This document shows, one piece after another, positions 11,515 through 26,517 of a stretch of 64,000 nucleotides of DNA. Positions within the stretch are counted from its first letter, which is position 1. Every line of letters starts with the position of its first letter. Under the pieces are notes generated by a model. The model saw only the letters and a program-made list of their open reading frames with translations, ran no database searches and was not told the origin of the DNA. A program made the position numbers and the translations under genes. The DNA lies in the NCBI GenBank assembly GCA_020536535.1, contig JAHLWZ010000734.1, positions 1-64,000 on the forward strand. The letters run 5' to 3'. The stretch is from Pelomyxa schiedti. Its lineage: Eukaryota > Protista > Evosea.

Positions 11515-13877
11515 ATGACGTCGGTTGTTGTGGCAGCGGTGGAGCAACCAGTTCTGGGTAAGGTGAGCAGAAGGGAGGAGATCTCCGTATCGTGCAAAGA
11601 CGGAATACAGTTGATCTCCACTGTTGACTCACTGGCTTTTGTGGGGGTTGGGGGTTGCCTGTTGGCCCTGTGGTGTCCGCAACTGTGCAAGTGCAAGTTG
11701 AAAAACTCGCGTATCCCGAATCCCTCTGATTCGCCCCGACCACCTTTATCACGATCGAACACTCCAGCCACTATCACACTCACAAGAACCCCATCGGTTT
11801 CCCCATCCCCAACACCAACAAATACCCCACCACCTTCACCTCTCCCTTCCCGCGCTCGACGAAGTGGAAGCGAGTCATGTGAGAGTCCAGGTCTCACTGT
11901 ATCTACTTCGCCATCGCTTCCTTTGTGCGATCCTCCCAGGAGTGCGCCTCTTCCAATCCCTGTTACATCGAAAATGCGTCAGTCTCAAAATATATCTTCC
12001 TCTTCTTCGTCTTCATCTTCCTCTTACTCGAGTTCCTATTCTTCACTATCCTCTTCATATTCATCTTCGTCTTCCTCTTGTTCTCCTCCCAAAGAATTTT
12101 GCAATTCACAACCAGTTCTTCCTGCCAACACGACAGCTACTCAACACGAGGAGCAGGATAGCCCCTGTCCAACAGAACCGTCAACAACCGACCCACAAGA
12201 ATCGCAACTTTCCTATCAATGCACGTGCTCTTGCTCCTCAGTGGAGTTATTCAGGCTGCATGATACTCACGCAGCCATACGTTCACCACTAATACATTTG
12301 TGGAAAATGAATATCAAAGGTTGGTTTTCCTTACTTAGTCGCTCGGACGAAGTTTATATAAATTTAATTGTACAATGAAACAAGGCCTGTCAGGTGCTGG
12401 ATTCTCTTTGGTGAATTCTATTTACCACATGAAGTGTGTCTATGCAGGAAGTTATGGGAGCCTATTAGCACTATATCCAGATACTGGGTCAATTAAATGG
12501 CAAGTCCGCCCCAAAGGTTCCGCTAAAACAAGGCCTACTGTGCCCTTATTCTAAATGAAAAGGTTTAAGACGTTGTTCTGGAATGGACATGTGGCCTTAT
12601 GAGGATTGGCTAATTCTCGGAGGCTCTGGTTGTGTTGCATGTATCTCTTGTGAAGACGGCCATGTAAATTCCTTTTTTATTATTACCTTCACACCAAATA
12701 TTGCAAGGACATATGGAGCACAAGTCTGCCGGGTACATTTTTCTGGAATGTTACCCTACTAGTAAGAGATAACATAGTCTACGCGGGCACATACTGCCAA
12801 GCTTTTGCCCTGGATATTTTCACAGGAAAAATCCTGTGGTCACAGAGCTTCTTGAAAATTAAGATCATTGCCCCAGTACACTGTTCTTCTCTCGTTGAGT
12901 AATATTTCTAATAACATCCAGGTGACTTTTGGGTGGCTTTCTGTTCCTCAAAACTCCCAGTTTGAAAAATGTGAATTTTTAATTGTGGGTAGGTTCAACA
13001 ACATTTTACTAGCTCGCTACTAAAATTCTGTTTTCAAGGTTGTTACGGCTACATTTACATGGTTGATCCTCAAACGGGCGAGGTTTGTAGGGAAATTTCT
13101 CTTTTTCTCTCTGACTGAAATTTGTGACTAGGTACTCATTGAGGTTTCTCTTCCGGGGACTGGCTTTCATGTGGTGTCTTTATTAGTGAACGGCCCCACC
13201 ATCTACTCAGGTATCCTGTAACTTAATTTTTAGATTACATTAACCGTACGCAGTTTGCAATGGGGTTGCTTTTGCGCACGATATGCGGGTGCAGGAAAAA
13301 CTATGGGAAAATAAACTGAAAGGTACTACCCACTCCACATTGATTGTCTGTCTACTACCCCCGAAAACAGGATTTGGAGTAGGAGAAGGTGCTTGTATTT
13401 TGGAATACACCCTGGGTTCCCACAACGACCCACCTGAAACCCCCACACATATCGCAATCGGGCTCAATGGAAAGGTTGCATCCCTTTCTGCTTTGTCAGG
13501 AGAGATCTTCTGGGTCTGTTCACTGCCCAATTGTGGATATGGCTTTGTTTCTCTCGGAATGTTGAGAGGCCTTTTGTATGCCGTCAGTTGGGGAAAGATG
13601 TATATATTAGATCCTGAAACCGGTATGGCTGTACTTCTTGAAATTCCCACTTATAACCACCACCGCCTTACAGGCAAGGTTCTTTTCCTGGAAGCCCTCA
13701 CAGGAACTGGGCATGGGCCCGCAACAATTGCTTCTGCAGGAGCAAGAATGGACTCCTCTGCCTGCACTCTCTTTGCCAGGACTGATGTAAGGCTTCCCCT
13801 TCCCCATAGTACTTCTGTAGCCACTTAGTACTGTCTAGGTTACTGGACGCAACTCCACGCCTGCTGATCTCACCTAG
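11515..13877 (+). CDS. PQQ-like (BamB-type) beta-propeller repeat protein with a Ser/Pro-rich insert, multi-exon
   Basis: Repeated blades LLALYPDTGSIKW, AFALDIFTGKILWS, IYMVDPQTGEV, VASLSALSGEIFW, MYILDPETG. Low-complexity Ser/Pro tract at ~11720-12100. Confidence 0.7.
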
Positions 13878-13987
13878 TGTCTATCTTCTCACTTTAACAA
13901 ACCCAATTTGTGTTGTTGTAGCAGTATAACTTGAGAAATAATTGGCGATGGACAAACTTATGTTTTTTTGCAATTACATTTTTGTTG

Positions 13988-15710
13988 TTAATTCGAGGCA
14001 ACTTTTGCAATCAAAATGGAGAGAAGCGAGCCCACTAGAAGCCCTGTGGCGAGACCAATGGCCATCACAGCTCCAGTCACCTGTTTGTGGGTTGGGATAA
14101 AGCTAAAAGAGTAACAGTACATACATCTTCATCTCTCTTGTTTGTAATCAAGGTGTGGGAAAACGAGAAGCAATTCACTGAGCCCCATCCTGAAGTCCAC
14201 CCAAATGAAAGTGAGAGTGCGTAGCACACAAGGTCATGAGCAAGATAGCCCTTGCTGACAAGAACGAAAATGGGTATGAAAAAGACGCGAATGAGAATCA
14301 ATATTGCTAAGGAATATCTCTTGTTCATTCTTAGAATGCCAGTGTCCCCTTTGAGGAGTTAGTGGTGGAGTCTAAAAACAGTTGATGAAGCACCAAATTG
14401 CTTCCCGGCCCAGTCAACAAGTGAAAACAGAGTCAAGAGAATAACTGGAAACCAACCGGAATCCAAGGGCCATGTGTTATTCGGGAGAGAAACAATCAAC
14501 ACAGGTACAACCTTTTTAAAAGAGTGAGTTAAGAAAGATTTTTTCCTTAAAAAACACAAGGACCTACTGATAAGGTGATTATGTATTGTACTATGAGGAG
14601 TGTTAAAGGTAGTCTGACGAGTTTCATCACTGTGAGAACGTTGCGCCAATCAGATAGCACGCCTTGACGGGTGGTAACAGCGCACATCCCTCCACACTTA
14701 CCCGTGCCTTTTCTCAGAATAGGAGAGAAGCACAGCATAATCATGCACAGTAAGCAACATGCACTTGAAATACCAAAGTATAGGTATGTGCTGGCCACTA
14801 ACCCAGTCTCGTTCTGGGGGAAAGCCGCTTTGGTAATTACGCGTAGCAGGGATATTACAACCCCACTGCCACTTTGTCCGCCCTGAGCCCAGTGCAAGGC
14901 ACTGCGGCCGAACATACTTGCCACACTATATAGAGATGACTCTATGCAACCGTCAGCTAGAGCTGCAATAGCTATAATGGAAAGCAGTAGGCCCCACGCT
15001 GTGGTCGTGGAAGTGTCATTTACTGCAGAAAGAAGAGGACCTGTTTTGATACGTTAAAACTTCATTTCATTCATGGAAGAAACATTACTGATTGCTGGCA
15101 AAAATGCCAAAGCTATTGTAAATACTAGAAATCCTGGTAAAAGTCTTGCTCGTGGTGTAAGGTAGTGCCCCCACAAAGCAGAAATCCATACTCCCACAAA
15201 AACAGCTGAAAGGAAACAAGTAGAAAAGCGCAGTTCAATCTGCGATGCCGTGAAAGTAGGAAACTGATTCGTGTAGTAGTCAATGCTCGTAATCAGCGAG
15301 TACCACGGGAAAAGCGACCCCGCTCCTTCGGATTTTCAGTTTAATCTCAAAACTTGTGAAATTACGAAGAACAAAAAGAAGATACCGATCATAAACGCGA
15401 ACAAGCGCTGGACGGTGGTGGCGTCTTCCGCAGGGGGTTGTCCCTCAACCTCTATGCTCAGCAGTCCCTTCCCAGTGCTTACGTCCGGCGATGGGGGACT
15501 TCTTCCACCCTCCGCCCCCGACTTGGCTGTGACGTCTGAGATCTGCCCAACGGGCTCCTTCGGCATGGCAACAACCACAGCGCCCCCCTGCGTGCCATCT
15601 GACGACATCTGTCTTTCGCTGGAAACCAAGTTGGTTATTTCCAGTCCTTGCTTCTGGTTGGGACTGGAGGCATCGTTCGAAGAGAATGGAGGTCGATGGG
15701 TGGGATCCAT
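13988..15710 (-). CDS. Equilibrative nucleoside transporter (ENT/SLC29 family), multi-exon
   Basis: GSLFPWYSLITSIDYY, GQSGSGV, WFPVILLTLFSLVDWAGK, LSFGWTSGW, and many transmembrane segments. Confidence 0.88.
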
Positions 15711-15816
15711 CCAGAGTCTGTGCTGGAAATTCCCTCAGTTCCTTCTCTCATCACATTAATATTCGTTTTGTACGTTGAGAAAATATCAGCCAAGAACACG
15801 TTTAAAAAACCAAACC

Positions 15817-18622
15817 ATGTCGTGGGTAGGAACGTGGAGTACGACATCGACATCATCTGCGTCACTGTCGTATGGATCTACGGAATCTGACCAGGCCGAC
15901 GATGCTCGTCGTAAGTTGGAAAAAGAACAGACGGCGGAGTTACTTGACGCGCGCCTTGAAGGCGGCGCTAAAGTGGTTCGTTCTACTGAGACCTGTTTTT
16001 TTTTCCCTTTCTTTCTTTCTCTTTTTTCTTTTTTTCTCCCCTGGGCCCTTTGACATTTACTCACTTTTGCATTCTTTAGTATTTGTTGTCGCATAAATGG
16101 TTTCAGGATTGGAAGACATATGTACAGGTTGGTATAAGTACAGTTTTCTTCCCCTTGCCCTCGTTGTTATTGATTGACTCTGGACTTTGGCAGTACTCGT
16201 TTGGAAAACGACCACCCGCCGTAGATAACGCTTCCTTAGTACTTTCAGATGGCACACTGCGAGACCCCAACCCTTACAAAGGAGTTGATTACGACATCGT
16301 TCCAGAGCCTGTTTGGGAATTGCTCATTAAATGGTTTACAGAAAGGGGATGTTTCTCATGATCACGGTTTTTGCCAGGTATGGCGGCGGACCACCAGTGA
16401 TTCGAAGAATAAAAAAGCATGGCTATGGTGCTGATGTGGATTTGGAAGACTACAAAGTATCTTGTAGACTCCTCACTACCAACAAGGAGCTCAGATTGCA
16501 AGTATCAAAGGAGAGATGCACCTGTCATAAACTTAAAAAAAAGGTGGCCTTTTTTCCTACCATTGTTCAATACTTAGACCTCTAGATACACAAGTTGTAT
16601 GAACTTACAACGGAGCTTTCACAAGTGCGTTTATTTGTTGAGGAGAAAGAAATTTCTGATGACGAGTTTGTGTCCTCTTTCACGAGCTCATATTCAACTG
16701 TTCTTGTTGACCCTGATGGCTCCCATCCAGTATTTCTCTCACTCCTAGTCCTCTACTCAAAAAGCTGCCAGCCCCCAACCAACAGCTCATTCTCCTCTGG
16801 TGTTTATCCTAGTTCGTCTTACACAAGTTCGCCACCTTCCTATAGCTCTTATGGCTCTTCAGACTCTTCCTACTACCATTCAAGTGGGAGCTCACGCGAA
16901 AAGGGCGTTATAGGACTTTCAAACCTTGGAAACACTTGTATTTCCCCCTCCCAGCAATTTGAGCTGTGCCAAACAATCTTCTCCTGAAGTACTTATTCAT
17001 AAAAGTTTCTTCTTCCTCCCTTTTCTTTAGGTTACATGAATGCTGGGCTTCAGTGTTTGGTGCACACGACCCCTCTGACAGAATTTCTTTCCGGTGAAGA
17101 ATTTCAGCAGATTCTAAGTACTTAACAGTTTTTTGGCATACCATGTGTGTTCACATGCGCAGATACAAAGGCACCCAAAAAAAATGTGGTCAGTGCTCTG
17201 TTGCACCCAAAGAAAGTGTCTTATGGAAGTGGTGACTTGGCCAGGTCCTATTCTGAATTAGTGAAGGAAATGTGGTCGAGCACAAGTTATTGTGCAACAC
17301 CTTCTTCTCTAAAAGACAACCTTGGTGTGTAAATATACTTCCAGGCAACTTTCTCAAACTTTTTGTTGACGAAAAAAGGTCAACTCTCTTCCCAGTTTTC
17401 AGGGTACGGACAACAGGATTCTCACGAAATGCTTCTATTCCTCCTGGATGGGTTGCATGAAGATTTTAACCGAGTCAAGGAAAAACCGTACATCGAAACG
17501 TTAACAGTTACACTTCAGCCAAATTAAAAGAATACTAACTCTAGTAGGGTGCGCCTGGCTGCGATGAGGTGGAGTTGGCCCGAAATTCATGGCGAGATCA
17601 CTTGGGTATGCCTAAAATAAAATGTGTCTATTGTCTCAGGAAAACTAACCAAACAAAAAAAAAAAAAAAAAAAAAAGCTCGCAACAATAGTTTTATCGTT
17701 GAAATGTTCCAAGGACAACTAAAGTCAACTCTGCAGTGCAACTCTTGCCGTCATACTTCCATCGCCTTTGATCCATTCATGACTCTAAGGTAGAGCACGT
17801 TACAACTTCAAATGGCTTATAAATTTAGCCTTCCTCTCGACGAGGCAACAAACAACAGAGGCTATGATCACTTTTCTGAGGGGCTCACCATAGATTCTTG
17901 CATAAAGGCCTTCCTGAGAGAGGAGCAATTGTCCGATGATGATCTGTGGTTAGGCGATGTGCACCTGCTTCCGTTCTCTCACGTTTCTTTCAGGTATTGT
18001 CCTAAGTGCAGAAAACACCGCCCAGCTACAAAAAAATTTAACTTGTGGAACATTCCCACAATTCTCATTCTCCACTTGAAGCGTTTCCGCACGATTTCGA
18101 CTGGAGGCGTAAGGGGATGGGATTGGCCTTCCAAAATAACCAGCTTTGTCGATTTTCCACTGAGCGGGTTTAACATTGGGGCCTATGTTGTTGGGCCTTC
18201 ACCCATTGCCGGAAAATCTCTTTTATACGATGTCTATGCCGTTGTGGTACATTTCATTTGCTATTTCCCTTCCTATTGACCTAAAATCCTTCCTTTTGCA
18301 GAATCACAGTGGAGGCACTGATGGGGGCCACTATACAGCTTGTGCCAAGGTTGGAAGCAAATGGTACGAATTCAATGACACTTCCACCACGGACATCCCA
18401 GAGAGCAATGTGAAATCAGATAGAAACTACATTATCTTCCTACAGAAAAGACCGGAACCCGTTCCACAACCAACACCCAACACACCAGCCTCCACACCCA
18501 CAACCACCACAACAGACACAGCAACCCCTTCAACTAAATCAAGTTCACATTCCCACAACACGCATTCGCACTCTCACACTTCACATTCACACAGCTCCAA
18601 GAAAGACAAGAAGAAACCATAG
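15817..18622 (+). CDS. Ubiquitin carboxyl-terminal hydrolase with N-terminal DUSP domain (USP4/11/15-like), multi-exon
   Basis: DUSP ([27 protein letters not shown]); Cys box [18 protein letters not shown]; QQDSHE; ILHLKRF; His box [19 protein letters not shown]. Confidence 0.95.
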
Positions 18623-18888
18623 TGGCAACTTTAGGACTGTCTGGTACATTACTTTTTTTCGTAGTTTCTGTTTTGGCAGTTCCCATAATGTACCTGGTTG
18701 AGATAAAATCTTTAGTTCCGCCACGGTTTTTCCTTCAAATCAAACATGCGGGGACGAGACCAATAAACCTAGCTCTCTGATCACGGGATCTGAACAATCC
18801 CTCCTACGAAGAAGAAAAACAACCGAGCAACTCTTTTTTTGTCCATTCACAATTGCATTCCCTTATCATGCCGTATCAAACCTGACTA

Positions 18889-19584
18889 TCACAACACACA
18901 ACCATAGGAGCACCACCCAACATTGTCATATTCGTTGGAGTAGTAGCAGCTGTCGAAATTGTAGAACTTGGTGACGTAGTCCACAGTGCAGATTGTGTCC
19001 GTGAACTCTGTCCACCATGCCTGCTTCTCATTGCACTGCCAGTCTGCATATATAACACAGTCTTGGCTCCATGCCACATTGGTTTTGTAATCTGTGGAAT
19101 TGCACTTGTTCTGTCCATGGTTCATAACTGTGGTGTATCTGTTGAAAGTGAGATATGTTGGGTAGGTGTCTTGTGGGATTCGTCTCGTTCCCATACTCCG
19201 CACTGCAATAACAACAACAGAGGTAAATAGAACACAAAAATACACACGGTGGGGCGATGTAGTCTGACAGCTGCGGCTCAGCATCCAAGCAATAGCACAA
19301 TGTAGAAAAAACACCATAGGCGTAGCACGAACTAGAGCAGTCAGCGCAATTGGACTGCCGAATTTCCACCTCATAGACGTTATCGTACTGGCACTCTTAT
19401 TTCCATGCAGAAAAAAACAAAAAAACCAGCATTAGCTAACAACTGCCACAAAGCACGTGTACTACACACTGCCGTCGTTGTAGTAAGTGATGTCGACCTG
19501 CCAATAGGACATACACACTCCCATCGAAACGGCACACGAGGCAATCAACAAAAGCAACCGCCAGCCACCAACCGACGCCATCAT
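18889..19584 (-). CDS. Small secreted cysteine-rich protein, multi-exon
   Basis: Signal-peptide-like MMASVGGWRLLLLIASCAVSMGVC followed by Cys/Tyr/Trp-rich exons similar in composition to the surface proteins at 30-36 kb. Confidence 0.55.
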
Positions 19585-20170
19585 TCGACGGAAACGAGTT
19601 TTGCGAACTACGAAGGAAAAAAAAAATGGTTGGTTGTTGTGGTTGCGTGCTTCACAAGATTTTTTTATGGAGCGCCCCACAACACGTTTTCCTTTGCAGG
19701 CGTCAGTGTCGCGAGGCAGGAGGGTTTGGTGAAGCCAAATTCACCCTTTGCAGGTGAATCTGCCCTCTAAGACGAATGCCGAAGCATTACATCTCGATGA
19801 AAGTCGTCTGCACGCAGTGTACTCTTCGCATTAATTTAAACAAAAGTGGATTTCGAGGAAGTAAAGTCACTTTATGCACTTCAACCAACCGAAAAACAAC
19901 ATCGCTTTCCAGCGTTTTGTCCGCCATATTAACTTGTCCAGACTTTATTATGGGCTGAACCTGGGCAAATTTTCTGGCCAAGTAAGCCGCCCTCGGGGCA
20001 ACCGTAAAACAGGTCTTTGAGGAATGCGGACCACAGGGCAAAGTGGGGAATGAAATACATTACAAAGGAACATTTGTGTTACTGAGGAATTGGTGGCTGT
20101 TAAAAGCTGTAGCCTAACAAAATGTTTTGTATCACATTTGCAAAGTCCTACAAGTGCATTACACAGGCTG

Positions 20171-21296
<1,126 letters not shown>

Positions 21297-21437
21297 TGCG
21301 TCTTGCCTTGCGCCAAGGGCTGTTTAATTTTAAGAAATGATCTTTCTCTTTGTCCCAAATCTCAAATCTAAAATCAGTCCTTCGTTTTTTTTAATGTGTC
21401 TTCGTTTGCCTTCTTTTGATCAAAAGTGTTTTCATTT

Positions 21438-24400
21438 TCAAAGAAGTTTCGCGGCGAAGGGTTTGACGGCGTGGGCGAACGCCACCATGGCCTGGCTGAA
21501 TTTTTCTCTGGCTTTGTACTCTATCGAGGGTTCTATCTCTGCAGATAGTTTCGTGAATTCTTGTTGCAGTTTGTCTCTTTGGTCTTGTTGTGGTTGTGCT
21601 CCAATCAGCCGTGCTTTGGTATCTTCATATGCCTGTGTTGTTGAAAAGTGTTGGAAATTAGATATAACTGTGTCAATTTGAGGTGGAGAGGATTTACTTT
21701 TGGTGCTACCAAAATGAGAGGGAAAAGAGTTTTGGTGATCCCGTACTGGTGTCCGGAGTCAAAGGATAACAGGGTCTAACAAGAGTTTTAGTGCCAAGGT
21801 GTTAGGAAAGGAACCGGCTCAGACCTGGAAGAAGAGTGACACTATACGGCAAAATACCTCAAAGAGAGGCGCTAAGCGCGACTCCATGAGAGGGGCGAGT
21901 GCTGCAGAACTCCTAAGATGTTGAGATGAACTTGATGGGGCCGCTTTTAGTTTGTCGGCGTTACGACGATGAGTAAGGTAAGCAGAGAGGAGGTGATCAA
22001 GGGTTGTGCAGCAGTTGGTAACAATTTGTACATCTAAAGTAGAACGGTTGATTTCAGCACCAAAGGATTGGAGGCAGAGACCTGTGGACGATAGACCGGG
22101 TTCAAGAGAAGAAACAAGAGAGAAGAACAATTGTGGTTCGAGATTGTACACTAACAATACATGATTATTGCATATGACATCCAGAAATGCAAAGTAAATT
22201 TTCATGAATTTAGGGTAGGCCTATTTGTGACAATGCAGAAAAGATAAATAGCTTGATTAGGTATTGTATTCAGGTGCATACCAGGAGGTCAGATAGAGGA
22301 ATGCTAAGGGCGAGTTTAGTGGACAACATTACGGAATCAGTGAGGCAAGTATCATTATAAATGCTGAAAACACCAAAATTGACATAATCACCTGGGTTAT
22401 GGTGTCAATTGGAATCATCATAGATATGCTCTTACCTCCCAAGGCATGTGTTAGTGCATTCAAAATCAACACAATCGGTTTATATCTCTCAATGTATACA
22501 TCCTTGCGAGGATTAAGGTGTGCCAGACGAGAACCTAGAAGAGTCCAATGGGAAGTCCAAATTACAAAAAGTGGTACCTAAAGTAATAATGACTTTGCTT
22601 GCCTCCTTAAACAATAATATTCCATTGGCAGAAAAAGACTCAAATTGCAGCCGGCCAAACTTATTCCACACAAGTTCACCAACAAACTTGACCAACGGAA
22701 CCGTGACAGTTGGCATATCCCAGTAAGCTTCAGCAATTCGACAGAGGATGGGAGTAAATTGTGGGCTCCTTTTTTTTATAAAAAAAAAAGTGTTCAGCCA
22801 TCTAAATTTTGTGAAAAAGAGAAAAACATACAGCCAGTCAAAAAAAACGGGGAAAAGCTTTCTCTGTATTGAGGCGGCAATCCCTGCCAGATCGTATAGA
22901 AGCCCGATTACTGAAGGCTGGAGATACGGAAAGTGAGTTTCGCTGACGGCATTGAATCTTATTAAGCGTACCATAAATTGTTCTTGTCTGAGAGATTCGA
23001 TTGATGGCTGTGCCAGAAGTGTGTTAATCTGCTGTTCAAAGGGAATCATGAATAGATCAAAGCGTGGTGCAAGTTCATCCATAAACAATATGCGGCCAAG
23101 AATGCTTTTTTAATCATTAGATGCTAGTTTTGTTTTGGGATCCCATTTATGAGGAGGGATGGAAACCTGTAATAGGTTGTTCGGTATTTGCCACCTTTGC
23201 TCCCTGTGTTACTTGATAAGAAAGGGATATATTCTGACTATAAATGGCTTTGAGATGAGGGGGTTTTTTTATGAAGGAGGCTCACTGTATGGTGGCTTAA
23301 CAGCTGATCAATCATGTCGAGTTTTGCTATGTACTTGCTGCTGCTGTACCTGTACACAACTTGTCAAACAGGGAAAGTAAACAGTTAAGAGCTACCCTGA
23401 GCAAATGTCAAAAAACAAAGACAGCGATCTCTGAATTACGCCACTGAAGTCTTTCCAAAACTTGAGGTTGTTCAAGCTTTTTGGTTGTTAGTTGGATTTT
23501 TCTAATTAGAGCAAAAGCAACTGGCTGTTTTACATTTTTGTGAGTAGAAGTTGAAGTACAACTTGATGATTTGAAAGCCCGATAAGTTCATTCATTCTGT
23601 CATAGACCTTTGCGCTTTTACAGTGATATTACACGTCACAAAGACAAACTTTAGAGCTGGTGAGCGCATGATCCCCAATATACATTCTTCGAAATTGCTG
23701 GGTAAAATAAAGGAAGGCATATTCGAGTTTACAATCAAAACTTTCTTTGGGAAACGTAAACCCTTGAAGCTATTTTTTTTCTTAAAATAAATGGAATAAA
23801 ATAGTGAAATATACACGTGATAATCTTGTATCACACAGCTTCTGAACATGAAACACTCTGGTAGCTAAGTCACCATCACGCATATCATGCTCCTGTGACA
23901 CGCTCATAGTCATGCGACCACTGATGAGAGATCCCACAGCGAAAATTAGCCACGCTAACTGCCCTTGATGTTCCTCAGTTAGTATGAATTTAGTCAGACT
24001 CCAAAAGATACCTTGAATGAGAGATAACTGTGGATCGCCTGGTGGTTTAGCAAGCATTCCCTAATGTTGTTGACTCAGGGAAGGTAAAATAGGCTACAGG
24101 GATTACCTCAAAAATGGGGATAGACTGATCAAATAATGCTGTAAGAAACTTTGAAAACTCATCATATTTACAGCGCCCAAGGGGTGCTACGAACTCCAAC
24201 ATTTCTGAGACTGCATCCTCATTTGACAGGGCATCTATAGATGTATTTAGAGTGAGATATATCAGAAGAAGAATGAAACCTTCTACTTGGCCACTCAGGA
24301 AAGCTGACACACGTTCCAATTGTGATGTCATATAAGCTTGTACAATCTAGAAGATAAAGATAAATTAAGGAAATTAACCGGTATTTCTTTACCTTAGGTG

Positions 24401-26252
24401 CATAAGCATCCACTAAAGCTGGTCTTGCTGAACTTGGTAGATACCCGATCGAGGTTACAGTTTTGTGCCAAAATTGCATTAAATAGTGCACTGAATTTGG
24501 GGACCACTGTAGAATTTTTTGTAAGATGAGAGAGATGATTTCGCTACCTGCCAGGCTTTTAGGGATGTCAAGGTGAAATCAGCAACCAATTTCAACCAAT
24601 CTTGCCAACCCTCTGCAGCTATGAGTGCTTGTAACTGATAGTTGGTCTATCTTTCAAGTTAAAAGATGGGTGAAAGAGGTATGGTAGGACCTTCAAAATT
24701 GCCAAAAGCCTACAGAAGACGTGATGATTGCCTTGGTCCTGAAGGCCTGTGTGCAAATGTGAATATGCAAAGCAAAGATGGTATTAAACCTGCTGAATGA
24801 TGAATGATTGCTTCTGATGTTCGAAGAAGAGAGTTCAAAAATTTGGCTCGCTCCGTTTCATGTGGAAATAGAGAGCGCCTAACAGATGCTGTGAAGATAA
24901 GATGGCAAAAGTGTGTAAAAAGGTTTACCAATGAGCACCATACACTCCAGAGTCTGCGAAAATGTTAGGAACCTCATGTTTATTAATTGAGGGTAGTCAA
25001 ACTTGTGTTGAAGAAGGAGGAGTTGTATTTGTGTAGGTATGCAGAAAGAGTGGAAGAAGCTCAGGATCTTCAAAATGTGGTCTCCATGCAGCGGGAATTT
25101 GGATCGTACCAAGGTCGTCATTGGACTCATCAGGTGTTGTACCTGCAACAAATCATTTTTTGTTTCAATCATGAGACCAAGTACCAATAAAATCGAAGGA
25201 AAGGCATTGTATTATGAGCTTGAGTGTTTCTTCTTTTAAGTTGTTTGCTGCTCTTTCTGTATCATAGTTACTTAACTGTTATGAGCACTCGGAAATACCT
25301 GGTGATTGCCTAATTCTTTTTAACAAGTTTATACCAATTTGGAAAATATCCAGTAAAAATTGGTCCCTGAATGCGATTGCAATTTTCCTGTGTTGTGCCA
25401 GGGTCATTTGGCTCTGATCATGTGAACCAATTTCCTTTTGAAAATTAGGAGAGAAGGCACTACTTGGTGCATAACATTACATAAACTAAGCCAGTAAGTA
25501 AGACCAGACCAATAGGACAATGGGCAGGCGTTGCCTAAGTGGAGTCAGTATGTGAAAAAGGCGGTAATCATTGTTTGTAACCTCAAGAAAGGTCTTTATT
25601 TGTGGTACAGTCTGAGGTGGGTGTGCTGGGTCATCAAACCATCCGACTTTGCAGATCATTGAAACCAGTTGTACACAACTTTTAAGTAAGTAGTTCGGAA
25701 GAGAAGGGCCTTGCTTTGCCAAGAAATTGAGGACACACATTTCTAGAAATGTGTGAAAAAGGGGGGAAGTGGATACAGCGTTTTAAAAGGTTCATCGGTT
25801 TGTGAAAGCACAGAGACAACATACGAATATCATTCCGTTGACTTGAAGTGAAGGTGTTCCAGCTCTCTTTGGTATAACGATGCAACGTTGACACAGCAAA
25901 TAGCTTCAAAGAAAGTCATTACAGAGATAGCAAAATACAATTAGGTAAAAACAAGCACTTGGAGAGCGAATTGACACTGACCCACACAACAAACGCTAAA
26001 TCCGTTACATCTCACACACACCACAGCATAGCCACTGCCCGTATTCTGGAGTAGGAAAATGCACTGCGACGCGCCCGTCCACGACGGCTGCCCAACAGCG
26101 GCAGTGAGTGCTCTCTCCGCCGAAGACCGCGCCTCTGCGTCAGTCGACGTGTATGCACGCTCGCACAGCCGCTCAAACTCAGCGAGATCTGACGCGCTCA
26201 TCGCGCCAACACCTCCCGGAGCCCCTGCCGTGCTCGTTGTGCTTGTTGCCAT
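21438..26252 (-). CDS. XPO7: Exportin-7 / RanBP16-17 family karyopherin, multi-exon
   Basis: N-terminal LAEFERLCERAY..RSSAERAL; HYLMQFW; DGDLATRVF; LVKFVGELVWNKFGRLQFESFSANGILLFKEASK; YVNFGVFSIYND; AYPKFMKIYFAFL. Confidence 0.9.
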
Positions 26253-26517
26253 GTAGTCCTGTGTCTGTTTCTGGTGATGTGTTGCAGTCGATGTGATCTC
26301 AAGATCGCTACTAGGAAGAACACCACGCGTCGCGTACGAGAGTTTGGCAAACCAATTTATTTTTTTTGTTTGGTTTTCCTCAGAATCTGATAGCTGATCG
26401 GGACTGGGGCTGAGGACCTGCCAATCAAACCGGAAAAGAGCTAACGAGAAAAGGCATAAAAATAAAAAAAAACTAAGGGAGGTGCTGCACCGCACTGGTT
26501 TTAATACGATACGGAGA

